64,000 bases of DNA from a plasmid, in sequence record AP025967.1, one strand, 5' to 3'. How positions within the stretch are numbered: the stretch's first letter is position 1; each line of letters opens with the position of its first letter. This document shows, piece by piece, positions 31,737 to 42,078 of this stretch. Position numbers and translations under genes: made by a program. Below the pieces are notes generated by a model. The model saw only the letters and a list, made by a program, of their open reading frames with translations. It was not told the origin of the DNA and ran no database searches.

Positions 31737-32624
31737 TTATTTTTTATTTATCTCTCTTTGAATATTTTCATTGGAGGTTTCTCTTGTTTTATCTAAAGGA
31801 TTTTTTGCATAGCCACGATTAAAAATACCAACGACTTTATCGCCACTTCTTAATAGGATTTGTTTAGTAATTTTTTGAATTACTAAAACTTCATAATTGC
31901 CATCTTTTTTAATATGAGTATTTAAAATACTTTCTTTACCATTATCATACATGAAAACAGCAGGAAAAGTTTTAGTATTATCAAAACCAAGATATGTAAA
32001 AACACCATCATCATAAGCAAAATTTGGACTTATGTCTTCACTTCCTTTATTAACTTTCATATAAAAATCCCAATTTCTAGGGATGGTATTTTTATTTAAA
32101 TCTGTGCGTATTTTCTCTTGCTCTTGAGCTTCTAAAAATTTTTTAGTTGCTTCTAAGTCTTTTTTTGGATAAGAAAAACTGAGTTTATAGGTAGCGTTAT
32201 TATTTTGGTTTACAAGTTTTAAATCGAATACATAAGTATTTAGATTTGTAATAACAATTAGGTTAGTTTTCCAATCATGAGGATTTGGATCTAAAACGAA
32301 TTCTTGTGATGCTTGACTCTCTCCTATATTATTGTTTTCTTGTTGAACAAGTTGTGTTTTATAAGCTTTAGGTTTTATAAATAAAAGATTGTCTTTTTCA
32401 ATTAAATCCCAACCTTCTGCAAAACCTGTAGCAGTATTGATAATTCTTTCATCGATACCAAATTCTAAAACGCTAACATAGCCATTTTTTGCATTAATTT
32501 GAAATACATCGTTTGCATTATAAATTGCATAAGCAATTCTTTTATCAAATGTAGAAGTTTTTGGAATATTTAAAGCCCAAATAAAACTACACAACAATAA
32601 ATTTATTAAGATTATTTTTTTCAT
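31737..32624 (-). CDS. virB9: T4SS VirB9
   Basis: Signal peptide, 295 aa, gene position between virB10 and virB8. Confidence 0.7.
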   Translation of the reverse strand: MKKIILINLLLCSFIWALNIPKTSTFDKRIAYAIYNANDVFQINAKNGYVSVLEFGIDERIINTATGFAEGWDLIEKDNLLFIKPKAYKTQLVQQENNNIGESQASQEFVLDPNPHDWKTNLIVITNLNTYVFDLKLVNQNNNATYKLSFSYPKKDLEATKKFLEAQEQEKIRTDLNKNTIPRNWDFYMKVNKGSEDISPNFAYDDGVFTYLGFDNTKTFPAVFMYDNGKESILNTHIKKDGNYEVLVIQKITKQILLRSGDKVVGIFNRGYAKNPLDKTRETSNENIQREINKK

Positions 32625-33283
32625 TGTGCCACCTCGTCATCAATTCTATAAGTTAATACTTTAAAGCCTAAAGGATTTAAAAATCTGTTTTCTTCACTAG
32701 CTTTTGCTAAGATATAGTCATAACTTAATGTTATTACTTTTGTTGCTTGAGTTGTTCCTTTGGAAGTTAAATTTTTTGTAGTAATAATTGCCCTGACTGT
32801 AGCAGTTTTCACTCCGTTACTTTCTCCTAAAACAATACTTAAAATTTGAACACTTACTTCATTGGAGTTTTTTAGAATTTGATCTCTTGCATTATCACCT
32901 TCATATAAAGCCCTATATTCATTTGCTACTTTTTCAGAACTCATTAATTGAGTAAGTAAATAATCTTGATTTAAAAGATCATAATAATAGCCTTCTCTAG
33001 CTTTTACATAAGTGCTAATAAAATATTTATCTAATGCTTCATTTGCTTTAATTTCTTTTTCATCAAGCATGGTTAAAATATCAACCATTCCTGTAGTATT
33101 GTCTACTCTTATTACATAAGGTTCTATTGTTTTTAAAGGAGTAAGTAAAACAACAGCTATAATGGAAATAATGGCTATAAAAATAGAAATAAAAGCAATA
33201 AGCCAAGCTCTTTTATTACTTTTTTCAATTAAGTATCTAAAACTTGCTTCATAATCTATTGCAGTATTAAACTCATTTTTCAT
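32621..33283 (-). CDS. virB8: T4SS VirB8
   Basis: Single N-terminal TM helix. 220 aa with an NTF2-like C-terminus. Confidence 0.7.
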   Translation of the reverse strand: MKNEFNTAIDYEASFRYLIEKSNKRAWLIAFISIFIAIISIIAVVLLTPLKTIEPYVIRVDNTTGMVDILTMLDEKEIKANEALDKYFISTYVKAREGYYYDLLNQDYLLTQLMSSEKVANEYRALYEGDNARDQILKNSNEVSVQILSIVLGESNGVKTATVRAIITTKNLTSKGTTQATKVITLSYDYILAKASEENRFLNPLGFKVLTYRIDDEVAQ

Positions 33284-33443
33284 CCATAGTTCCTTTATTT
33301 AAATCTTTGTTTTGAGTATTAACAGGAATCCATCCTGTTTGATTATTAAAAAATTCATCATATTTACCCTGATTTTTAGTGCTACAAGCACTAAAAAATA
33401 AAACACCAAGTAATAAAATAAAAATTAATTTAGCCTGCATTTC
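33273..33443 (-). CDS. virB7: T4SS VirB7-like small lipoprotein
   Basis: Internal start MQAKLIFILLLGVLFFSAC with a lipobox. Overlaps both virB6 and virB8. Confidence 0.45.
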   Translation of the reverse strand, partial: EMQAKLIFILLLGVLFFSACSTKNQGKYDEFFNNQTGWIPVNTQNKDLNKGTMDEK

Positions 33444-34428
33444 TAGCCCTCTCATACATTTTTTTAGCAAAACTATAACCGCCTTTAGCACTAGCCAAAG
33501 TACCTTTGGCTGCTAATTTTCCACCAGCTTTTGCTGTATTTACAGTTTTTCCTGCGACTTTGCCTCCAGTCCAACCTGCTAATCTACCAACAGGGTTTAA
33601 AACAGAACCTATTACTCCGCCCATAGCTCCTTCCATTGAAACATTTGCAACTTTTTCGGCATAAAATTTTGCAGAAATAATCATAATGACAAGAACTAAA
33701 GCGGCAATGACAAAGAAAATACTTGTGCCTAATACTTCGTCTCCTGCTTGAGTTACTTTTGCAAAATACTTAATCCAAGTTGATATTTGCTCCATAAAAA
33801 CACCCAAAAATAAGCCTACAAGCAAAATGACTAAAGTATTTGAAAGTAAAAGTCCTATCCACTGTGTAAAAACATTTTTAGTGGCTTTAAAAACTAAAAG
33901 CCAAAATACTATAGGGGCGGTGATTACAAGCAGTGTTTGTGTGAAGGTAGTAACAACAAAGATTGTAAGTGCAGGAACTACAGCAATTGCAAATCCTACA
34001 TAACAAAGTAGCATTGCTACAATAGCTAAAATAGCACCTCCAACACCACTTGATTTAGCCCAAATTATGTTTGTAAGTTGTGCCGTGTTTGCATACATTT
34101 CATCTAGTGTTTTATACATTTGCGTTCCGCCTCCTGCCCACTCGTATAATCCATCCATTGTTGAAATTGTTAAATCTAGCCAACCCCCTAAATTTAAGGC
34201 AAAAGTAATGGCAACAAGCTTTCCAACTATATCCCCAGTTAATTCTCTAATAGGACTTTGACTTCTACCCATTAAGACTTCGTAGCCTTTATACATAATG
34301 ACTAAAGTGATAATAATAGAAAGCAATACGCTAAGTTCTGCAACCTTATCATTTGTGCCTACTTGTCTTATAGCATCAACAATTTGTTGTATGCTTTCGC
34401 CTAGAGTTTGAAAAAGATCTAAATTCAT
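33430..34428 (-). CDS. virB6: T4SS VirB6/TrbL
   Basis: Multi-pass membrane protein with a Gly/Ala/Lys-rich C-terminus. Confidence 0.7.
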   Translation of the reverse strand: MNLDLFQTLGESIQQIVDAIRQVGTNDKVAELSVLLSIIITLVIMYKGYEVLMGRSQSPIRELTGDIVGKLVAITFALNLGGWLDLTISTMDGLYEWAGGGTQMYKTLDEMYANTAQLTNIIWAKSSGVGGAILAIVAMLLCYVGFAIAVVPALTIFVVTTFTQTLLVITAPIVFWLLVFKATKNVFTQWIGLLLSNTLVILLVGLFLGVFMEQISTWIKYFAKVTQAGDEVLGTSIFFVIAALVLVIMIISAKFYAEKVANVSMEGAMGGVIGSVLNPVGRLAGWTGGKVAGKTVNTAKAGGKLAAKGTLASAKGGYSFAKKMYERARNAG

Positions 34429-35396
34429 TTGTTGTTCTTAAAAAATTCCATAGCACTTTCTCGTGGCTTTTGTAACGACTTAGAATATTCTTGCATAGCC
34501 ATATCTTCTTTAATTTTTCTTTGGTTTTCATAACTTGCATTGGCTAAATCAACTTGATTTTTAACCATTTGAATTTTTGCCACTTCTAACTGAATAGCAT
34601 TGCCAACATCTGTGCTTTCTTTAATATCTTTGGAATTTACTAATTTATCTTGCAACTTTTGAAGTGTTTGGCTAATCGTATCCATTTGTTTTGAAGCTTG
34701 ATTATAGGTTTCTACTTGAGCAGCATAAGTGATTAAATTCATTTTGCAAATGTTTTTTTCTGATTGACTTAAAAAATCAAAATTACATCGATCAAAGCTC
34801 GTATATTTTCCAAAAATTTCATTACCTTTATCACTTAAAAATTTTTGTGGATCTCTTAATACATCATTGTAGAATGATTGAATATTTTGCCCAGCTTCAG
34901 CAAAATCTGAATATATTTGTTTAATATCTTTTAGAAAAGTTACTGAATCTCTAATGCCTGTTTTTGATAAAAGTTCATCTTTGTAAGCTTGAATTTGTTT
35001 TTGATAGTGTGCTACCGTTTCAGTCCATCTTGAAGCATCTTTAGCCCATTCTGCCACTTGTTTAGCGTTTTGTGTAGCCATTTGCTGATTTGCTGTTACA
35101 TCAACTACAGGAATACCAGCACTAAATGCTAAGTTAGGCAAAACTAATAAGGAAGTAAGAATAAGAATAGATTTTTTAAATTTTTGGATATAATTTTGTG
35201 GGGTTAGCCATAGGGCTGCAACCCTGTGGCTAGATTTAACCTCAGAAAAGAGGTGGTTAAATTGAGTTACACAAATCTCATAGTTATAATTATACTCCTT
35301 TGTATAATTATAGTCAAGGCTTATTAGTCTTGCCCCATTTTCATGGGGATGAGATTTCCCTATGGCTTTATTAACACCAAAGATATTTTTTTTCAT
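34425..35396 (-). CDS. virB5: T4SS VirB5/TrbJ-like (true start uncertain; 5' ~70 codons probably not translated)
   Basis: The signal peptide KKSILILTSLLVLPNLAFSA follows an implausible 70-aa extension. That extension contains a consensus sigma70 promoter and hairpins. Confidence 0.5.
   Translation of the reverse strand: MKKNIFGVNKAIGKSHPHENGARLISLDYNYTKEYNYNYEICVTQFNHLFSEVKSSHRVAALWLTPQNYIQKFKKSILILTSLLVLPNLAFSAGIPVVDVTANQQMATQNAKQVAEWAKDASRWTETVAHYQKQIQAYKDELLSKTGIRDSVTFLKDIKQIYSDFAEAGQNIQSFYNDVLRDPQKFLSDKGNEIFGKYTSFDRCNFDFLSQSEKNICKMNLITYAAQVETYNQASKQMDTISQTLQKLQDKLVNSKDIKESTDVGNAIQLEVAKIQMVKNQVDLANASYENQRKIKEDMAMQEYSKSLQKPRESAMEFFKNNK
35289..35317 (-). promoter_or_regulatory. consensus sigma70 promoter TTGACT-17-TATAAT inside the virB5 ORF extension
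   Basis: Minus-strand -35 box at 35312-35317 and -10 box at 35289-35294. The leader contains the GCCATAGGG/CCCTGTGGC hairpin. Confidence 0.45.
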
Positions 35397-35399
35397 TTT

Positions 35400-35675
35400 T
35401 TACCTTTCAAATGATTTTTCTTGTTTTTTGCAAAGCTCTTTATCAATAGCTTCATCTAATGCTTGGTTTATATCTTCTTGTAAAAAAGAAGATATAGATT
35501 TATGATTGATATAAAATTCATATACTTCATCTAAAATTATTTCTATTTGATCTGAATTAAGATCTTCCATTGAAGAACTTTTTTCAAATAAAAACAAAGC
35601 TTTAATCAGCTTTTCATGATTTGAAGTTTCTAATTCTTGTGCTAATTCTTCTACACTTAAATTTTTTATAGACAT
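35400..35675 (-). CDS. small acidic hypothetical protein
   Basis: 91 aa. Confidence 0.35.
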   Translation of the reverse strand: MSIKNLSVEELAQELETSNHEKLIKALFLFEKSSSMEDLNSDQIEIILDEVYEFYINHKSISSFLQEDINQALDEAIDKELCKKQEKSFER

Positions 35676-35690
35676 TTTTATCCTTAAATC

Positions 35691-36116
35691 TTAAAATACT
35701 TGTGTTTCTTCAGATTCTATATTTGTGTTTTCATAATCAATATTTGGCTCTTTTGGTGGGACTTGTGGATTTTGTGTTCCATTGTCATCTTTATCTTTTT
35801 TGCCAAGCCAATAAAATTTAGATACAATCACACTTAACATTGTTTTAGTCTTTCCATCTTCATCTTGATATTGATTGGATGATAATTCTCCACTACACGC
35901 AAACTGCGAACCTTTTTTAATGTGCGTTGATGCACTTTCTGCACTTTTGCCAAATAAAACAATAGGTATCCAAGTCGTGCTACTTTCTTCATTGCCTCTT
36001 TCATTTTTCCATCGCTTAGTAATGGCAAGAGAATTTTTTGCATAAACTCTTCCGCTATTTGTAGCACCTACTTCAAAATCTTTTCCTAAGTATCCGATTA
36101 GATTTACATTATTCAT
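35691..36116 (-). CDS. ssb: single-stranded DNA-binding protein
   Basis: OB-fold N-terminus (NLIGYLGKD...WIPIVLFGK) and an acidic C-terminal tail ending ...EETQVF. Confidence 0.8.
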   Translation of the reverse strand: MNNVNLIGYLGKDFEVGATNSGRVYAKNSLAITKRWKNERGNEESSTTWIPIVLFGKSAESASTHIKKGSQFACSGELSSNQYQDEDGKTKTMLSVIVSKFYWLGKKDKDDNGTQNPQVPPKEPNIDYENTNIESEETQVF

Positions 36117-36149
36117 TGTTTAACTCCTTTTTGTTGGTGTAATATTTTT

Positions 36150-36716
36150 TCATCTTTTAAACTCCTTATTTATAGATTTAATTGCATTTGTTTTTTTGGT
36201 GCTAAATTCTTCTAATTTTGCTTTAAAATCATTTGCAGATTTGTCTTTTTGTGGTATAGTTTGATTGATAGTTGCAGAAAGTGCATTTGCACCAGATGGA
36301 TTTTTATCCATTAGCTCCAATCCATTAAGTTGGTGTGTAGAGAGTGTTGGGGTCTCTACCTGCAACAGATTATCTTTATTGTTTAATCTATTAAACTCTT
36401 TTATTCTTTTTTTATTTGCATGAAATATCTCATTTGTTCCACTTTCGTTTTTTATAACTACATCAGCCATTTTTTTATCATTTATGATTTTTGCTGCTTT
36501 AATAATTTCATAATTTCTTTTATCTCTATTTGCATCAACAATGATTTCAGGTTCGCTTACTACTTTATTAATTACTTCTTTGACTTCTTGCATATCCTTA
36601 AACATTTCAGGATGATTTGTATATAATTTTTTTAAATCCGCAATTGCTTCTTTATCTCCTAAAAGCTCTGATAATCTTTCGCAAAGTTCAAAAATTTCTA
36701 ATTCTTTATCACTCAT
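36150..36716 (-). CDS. hypothetical protein
   Basis: 188 aa. Confidence 0.35.
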   Translation of the reverse strand: MSDKELEIFELCERLSELLGDKEAIADLKKLYTNHPEMFKDMQEVKEVINKVVSEPEIIVDANRDKRNYEIIKAAKIINDKKMADVVIKNESGTNEIFHANKKRIKEFNRLNNKDNLLQVETPTLSTHQLNGLELMDKNPSGANALSATINQTIPQKDKSANDFKAKLEEFSTKKTNAIKSINKEFKR

Positions 36717-37270
36717 TGCAACTTCTTTGGATCTTTTGGTGTGCGATTATCAACAAGATAATTTAAAGAAAATACATTTTTAGCTTCTTTAGAATAAGGG
36801 TTATCTGTGATAATCACACTAACTTTGTAATCGTTTTGTGGTAAGTTTGGATAAATAAGTTCCATCAAATCTGTTAAGTATTTGTTAGGGCTTTTAATTT
36901 CTTTTTGTAAAAGTTTTTCCATTTCATTAAAAGCATTGATAAAAAGTATTTTCCATTGTAATGCTTCTTTACCTGTAAAACCCATCGCTAAAAGAGAGAA
37001 TCCATCACGAGTTAAGTTGTAATATGGATATTTTCTTTCTCTACCTTTAAAACCTTGTATTTTACGGACTTTGAATGAAAGCTCAAAATTGAGCTTACAT
37101 TGCAAATCCCCTATTTCTCGCAAATCATTTAAAATGTTTTCAATATCTCTTAAAATATTTTTATGCTCTTTGTCAAAAACCTTAGCCACATCTAAACTTG
37201 TGCAAAAAATTTGATTATTTTGAGTGTCAAATTGCACTTCTTGTTTATTAATAATGACTTTATTGCTCAT
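36713..37270 (-). CDS. Rha-family phage regulatory protein-like
   Basis: N-terminal CTSLDVAKVFDKEHKNILRDIENIL matches the Phage_pRha motif. Confidence 0.5.
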   Translation of the reverse strand: MSNKVIINKQEVQFDTQNNQIFCTSLDVAKVFDKEHKNILRDIENILNDLREIGDLQCKLNFELSFKVRKIQGFKGRERKYPYYNLTRDGFSLLAMGFTGKEALQWKILFINAFNEMEKLLQKEIKSPNKYLTDLMELIYPNLPQNDYKVSVIITDNPYSKEAKNVFSLNYLVDNRTPKDPKKLQ

Positions 37271-37280
37271 TTTTTATCTC

Positions 37281-40049
37281 CTATGAGTTTTTATAAAATT
37301 CTTTCAGCTCTAATACTTTTTCATCAAGACTTTTATTTTCTTGTGAAAAAATCTTTTCTATAGTGTCTATATGTGCTGTTCCAGTTGATAGTATTTTTAA
37401 ATTTTCATTACCTAATGAGCTAAGATCAAGAGTGCAAATCACTTTTTCATCTTGTCTTTTAATTAAAAATTGTCTTTTGGATGGTTTGAAACTTTTAATA
37501 ATCATGTATTCATCATAACTTAAACCTATTCCATTGACATATTCTTCTTCTTTGGCTTTTGGATTCGGTAAAAAAACCATTGTTGCTGATTGTTCTATAA
37601 GAGTTGTTGCATTTTTAAGCTTTAAAAAGTCTTCTACGCTTTGTGTAGCAAGTCTTAAAAATCCATTCTGTTTCCTAATAGTTTTAAATTTGTTTTTAAC
37701 TTCTTCTTGCACAATTTCATTTTCTAGCCACTTCCAAGCTTCATCAATATCAATACAAAGTCTTCTGCCATCTGCTAAACTCATTACACGCCAAAGAATG
37801 TAATAGCTTAATATCCCTGATACATCTTTATCATCAAGAAATTCAGTTCCATCGATTCCAAATAAATTAATATCATCAGGAAAATCTAAATTATCATATT
37901 CATTGTCAAAAACCCAGCCAAATTGTTTGCCTTTTTTGAAAAGTGCTAATCTTGATTTAAGAGAATTATCATCATCTACATTTTCAGTTAAGTTTTCAAG
38001 TAATAAAGAAATAGGATATTTTCTTTCTTCTTTTTCAAAACCTTTCATAAGAGAATTAACAGCATTATTGAGCATTTCTTCTTCTCTAGTTGTAAGAATT
38101 TCATTATTTCTAGTTACTAAAAGTTTCATTAGCGATTGAAGTTGTCTTATATTTTCTTGTGTGCTTTCAACCATGAAAGGATTAAATCCTGTAGGCTTAC
38201 CATTTTCAATACTAATATATCTACCGCCAGCACAAAGTATATTGCCTAAAGCACCTTTATCTTTATCTAAATAAATGGCTGTAAATTTTTTGTTTTCTTC
38301 AGGAATATCATCAGGAAATGTATCTTTGCTAGCGTATTTCATCATTTGATCTACAATAAAGTTCATAAACACTGTTTTACCGCCACCACTTTGTCCTAAA
38401 ATTAAGGTATTAGCTAAAAAGAGTTCTCCGAAATCATTTTTATTTGCACCAGAACTTTGGTGAAAATTAAAATAATAAGGTTGTTTGTTTGGTGTTTTCA
38501 AAATGCTAACAGCGTCGCCCCAGCAGTTTTTGTCTCTTTTGCCCATAGAAAAATTATGTAGAGCAATTAAAGATGAATAATTAATGGATGAGATAAGATT
38601 AATGCGTGGGCGTATTGCAAAATTTGATGGTAGTTGCGAAAAAAATGTCGCAGGTAGGGCGATCGTTGCTAAAGTTACTCCAAATCCTAATTCGTTCATC
38701 TTTGTAACAACTTCATTTGTGTTGTCTTTACATTCTTTTATAGTATTTCCATACACAAGAATTGAAAAATGATATTTGCCAAAAGAGATTTCCCCATTTG
38801 TAAGTTGATCCAAAGCTTCATCTATTTGCTCTACTTGTGAAAATCCATCATCTTCAGTTGCAATGAGTTGTTTTTTCTGTTTAGATATTGCTGATTTTGC
38901 ATCCACTCTAGGAATAGGAGAAAAGCTTTGAGTTATAGTGTATTCCACATCTAAATACATTAGGATATCTAAAATTCCTGCAAAAGTTTCATTTGTATAG
39001 TCTTTAATTTCAATGCATCTAGCAAATTTTTTTGTGCTATCATTTTGGTTAAATTGAATAGTATCGTGTCCAAATTGTATGTTTTGTAAATTACCATTAA
39101 GGTACTGATCTATGGGACTTGATAATACTCTTATAGGATTAAATTTACCACCAAGTAAATAATTATAAAATTCTAGTTGTTTAGAGTAGGTTTTATCATC
39201 TTTGGAATATGTTTTTAATCTTTTTGGGTTAAAATCTTTAATATTTGCTTCTAGTCTATCAGCAAATTCACTAAATTTAGCTAGAAATACGCTAATTGTT
39301 TTTCTTTTATTTTCAAAAGAGCTTTTCATAAAAGTTGTTTTTTCTATTTTCACTTTTAAAGGATTGAAAATAAGAGTTAAATATAAAGAATTTTTTCTAA
39401 GAGTTCCTTGCTTAAAACTCTCATAATATTTTCTGTCAATTTCTTCTAAAAAAGCATTATTAAATTTCGAAGTTAATTTGTCTTCGATAGAATATCTACA
39501 ATTATGAAAATAAAAGCTTACAGGTTCATTTGCAAATGATTTAAATAGCATATTCAAAAGATCATTTTTAATATCTAGCTCATCATCATCTTCTGCTTCA
39601 AAACTAATTCCTCCAATCTCCCAAGTTGTCATTAAAAGATAATCTTTTGTAATGACTACAGAATCGTTTATTAGTGATGAAAAAGGAATTAATTTTTCAA
39701 AATTAGGTTCTGCATTAAGTCCGAAAACAGATATTTTTGGAAAATTAGAATTTGGCGGCATTTGTCTATAAGAGTTTGTGCTGTAAGTTTTAACCTTATG
39801 ATAATTTTTGGAAGCAGGATTGGAGAAAAATCTCATTTTTAAAAACATTAATCGAAAAATAAAATCATCTCTTTTTGTCATTGCTTTCATAATAAAAAAC
39901 ACAGGAATAGAAAAGCCAACTAAAAAAATGTTTTGACTATAAAATGCAATTAAAATGATACATCCCATCGCTATAACAAAAGGCGTCATCGGAACGCCAA
40001 AAATCATAGGTGGACGCGTTAAACCTTTAAAAAGTGGATTTTTCTCCAT
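37281..40049 (-). CDS. virB4: T4SS VirB3/VirB4 fusion ATPase
   Basis: N-terminal VirB3-like TM segment and Walker A motif GQSGGGKT. 922 aa. Confidence 0.9.
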   Translation of the reverse strand: MEKNPLFKGLTRPPMIFGVPMTPFVIAMGCIILIAFYSQNIFLVGFSIPVFFIMKAMTKRDDFIFRLMFLKMRFFSNPASKNYHKVKTYSTNSYRQMPPNSNFPKISVFGLNAEPNFEKLIPFSSLINDSVVITKDYLLMTTWEIGGISFEAEDDDELDIKNDLLNMLFKSFANEPVSFYFHNCRYSIEDKLTSKFNNAFLEEIDRKYYESFKQGTLRKNSLYLTLIFNPLKVKIEKTTFMKSSFENKRKTISVFLAKFSEFADRLEANIKDFNPKRLKTYSKDDKTYSKQLEFYNYLLGGKFNPIRVLSSPIDQYLNGNLQNIQFGHDTIQFNQNDSTKKFARCIEIKDYTNETFAGILDILMYLDVEYTITQSFSPIPRVDAKSAISKQKKQLIATEDDGFSQVEQIDEALDQLTNGEISFGKYHFSILVYGNTIKECKDNTNEVVTKMNELGFGVTLATIALPATFFSQLPSNFAIRPRINLISSINYSSLIALHNFSMGKRDKNCWGDAVSILKTPNKQPYYFNFHQSSGANKNDFGELFLANTLILGQSGGGKTVFMNFIVDQMMKYASKDTFPDDIPEENKKFTAIYLDKDKGALGNILCAGGRYISIENGKPTGFNPFMVESTQENIRQLQSLMKLLVTRNNEILTTREEEMLNNAVNSLMKGFEKEERKYPISLLLENLTENVDDDNSLKSRLALFKKGKQFGWVFDNEYDNLDFPDDINLFGIDGTEFLDDKDVSGILSYYILWRVMSLADGRRLCIDIDEAWKWLENEIVQEEVKNKFKTIRKQNGFLRLATQSVEDFLKLKNATTLIEQSATMVFLPNPKAKEEEYVNGIGLSYDEYMIIKSFKPSKRQFLIKRQDEKVICTLDLSSLGNENLKILSTGTAHIDTIEKIFSQENKSLDEKVLELKEFYKNS

Positions 40050-40067
40050 GATTAGTCCTATTTATAT

Positions 40068-40331
40068 TTATGTAATGATATAGCCAGCAATTGCTGAAGC
40101 TGATCCAAAAATAACGCCACCGATAAAAACAGGTGCAACTTCTCTAAGAGTTTGCCCTTGATACATAATTCTGGAAGCACACCACATAAGTGCAATTGTG
40201 AGTAAAACTCCACCAAGTGCATACAAAGCAATGCTTAAGTTTTGCATAAAGGTATTAACTTTATCAATACCACCAGCACCAAATGCAAAAATAGGACTGA
40301 TTAAAATTAATGATAATAGCCTTTTTTTCAT
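40068..40331 (-). CDS. virB2: T4SS pilin VirB2/TrbC
   Basis: Internal start MKKRLLSL with an AAAGGA RBS. Signal peptide plus two hydrophobic helices. Confidence 0.6.
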   Translation of the reverse strand: MKKRLLSLILISPIFAFGAGGIDKVNTFMQNLSIALYALGGVLLTIALMWCASRIMYQGQTLREVAPVFIGGVIFGSASAIAGYIIT

Positions 40332-40501
40332 CCATATCCTTTCGTTAAAAAATTGCTCGTTTAATTTATGTCTTAAATTTGTGTTTAATAAATAAATTAA
40401 ATTTAGTTTTATAATTAAATTAATATTATTCAAAAGCTTTTATTTAAGTATTAGCTATTTTTTACTAGAATTTGTTAGGTTTTTGATGAAAGGATAAAAA
40501 A

Positions 40502-40825
40502 ATGGCATACCCACTTTTAGGTACAAGAATAGTATTAGATGAAGAAAAGATTTTAAAAGAAGGCAAATATAATTTAGAAGATATGTATAAAATGATAGAT
40601 GAATATGCTAAAGAATCAGGAATGATAAAAATTAATAAAGAAACTTATCATTGTAAAGGGGATAAGTATGATTTAGGTTGTATGACTTTATTTATATATA
40701 AATATTTGATTGATTCTGAATGGTTTACAAAAAATGCAAAAGAATGGATTTGGATTAGTGAAAAAGAAGGAAATAGCGATTTAATTTCTGCAAGTAAAGC
40801 TGAAGGAGAAGGAATTTGGGAATAA
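40502..40825 (+). CDS. VapX-like partner of VapD
   Basis: Overlaps vapD by 10 bp. The assignment rests on position only. Confidence 0.3.
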   Translation: MAYPLLGTRIVLDEEKILKEGKYNLEDMYKMIDEYAKESGMIKINKETYHCKGDKYDLGCMTLFIYKYLIDSEWFTKNAKEWIWISEKEGNSDLISASKAEGEGIWE

Positions 40826-41193
40826 ATCGCAAAGCAATTAATTTTGATTTATCTACAAAAAGTCTTGAAAAATATTTCAAAGATACAAGAGAACCTTATT
40901 CTTTGATTAAAAAATTTATGCTTGAAAATGGTTTCGAGCATAGACAATATTCAGGTTATACTTCAAAAGAGCCAATAAATGAAAGACGAGTTATAAGAAT
41001 AGTTAATAAGCTCACTAAAAAATTTACTTGGCTTGGCGAATGTGTTAAAGAGTTTGATATTACTGAAATAGGAGAGCAGTATAGCTTAAAAGAGACTATA
41101 CAAGACTTATGTGCCAAAGATTTTCATCAAAAACTTAAAGAATTTACTGAAAAAACACCAAAAAATCAAAAGCTAAAAGATTTAGAACGATGA
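40816..41193 (+). CDS. vapD: VapD (Cas2-like endoribonuclease family)
   Basis: N-terminal KAINFDL...EKY...PY......GFEH.QYSGY fits the VapD/Cas2 pattern. Confidence 0.55.
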   Translation: MGINRKAINFDLSTKSLEKYFKDTREPYSLIKKFMLENGFEHRQYSGYTSKEPINERRVIRIVNKLTKKFTWLGECVKEFDITEIGEQYSLKETIQDLCAKDFHQKLKEFTEKTPKNQKLKDLER

Positions 41194-41804
41194 ATATAGC
41201 ATACATAAGAGTATCAACAAATAAACAAGAGTTAGACTCTCAAAAGTTAGAAATTATGGAGTATTGTCATAAAAATAATATCATTTTAGATGAAATCTTA
41301 GAAGTAAAAATAAGTTCTACAAAATCTCAAGAGAAAAGAAAAATCAAGGATTTAAAACAAAAACTAAAAGCAGGTGATTTATTAATAGCAACAGAACTTT
41401 CAAGACTTGGTAGAAGTATGCTAGAAATAATTAATTTGGTGCTTGAGTTTAATTCTAATAATATCAAATTCCTATTTTTAAGACAAATGGAACTTAGTAA
41501 TTTTAATAATCCTGCTTCTAAATTAATCTTATCAGTTTATGCTTATTTAGCAGAAAATGAAAGAGATTTGATAAGTCAAAGAACTAAAGCAGGACTAGAA
41601 AATGCTAGAGCTAGTGGGAAAAAACTAGGACGCCCTAAAGGCTCATTAAATAGTATTTATGATAAGGATATAGATAAAATACAAACCTTGCTTGATAAAG
41701 ATTTATCTATTAAAAGTATTTGGAAGTTATTATACAAAGATGATGGAAAAAGCTATGATGGTTTATTGTGGTTTATCAAAAAACGAAAATTAAAAGGAAA
41801 TTAA
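41190..41804 (+). CDS. serine recombinase (resolvase/invertase)
   Basis: IAYIRVSTNKQ places the catalytic Ser at about residue 10. The LSRLGRS motif and a C-terminal HTH are present. The start overlaps the vapD stop. Confidence 0.85.
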   Translation: MNIAYIRVSTNKQELDSQKLEIMEYCHKNNIILDEILEVKISSTKSQEKRKIKDLKQKLKAGDLLIATELSRLGRSMLEIINLVLEFNSNNIKFLFLRQMELSNFNNPASKLILSVYAYLAENERDLISQRTKAGLENARASGKKLGRPKGSLNSIYDKDIDKIQTLLDKDLSIKSIWKLLYKDDGKSYDGLLWFIKKRKLKGN

Positions 41805-42004
41805 ATTTTTATTTAAGAAAAATATAAAAAATTTTATAATAAAATTAAACGAGCAATTTACTATGTTTGGATATATTTTTAATCTAAATATAAAGGAGAA
41901 TAATTATGAATAATAATAATATTGATAATTTAAAATTATACATTTGCAATGAAAGCTATGACTATGAGAGAGTAATGAAAGCTTTCAAAGGAGAACAAGA
42001 TCTG

Positions 42005-42078
42005 ATCAACAAAATCCAAATCAATCAACAAAATCCAAATCAATCAACAAAATCCAAGATCAATCAACAAAATCCAAA
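42005..42078. repeat. 19-bp tandem repeat x ~4 (TCAATCAACAAAATCCAAA)
   Basis: The period is not a multiple of 3, so the overlapping 63-aa ORF is probably spurious. Confidence 0.7.
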
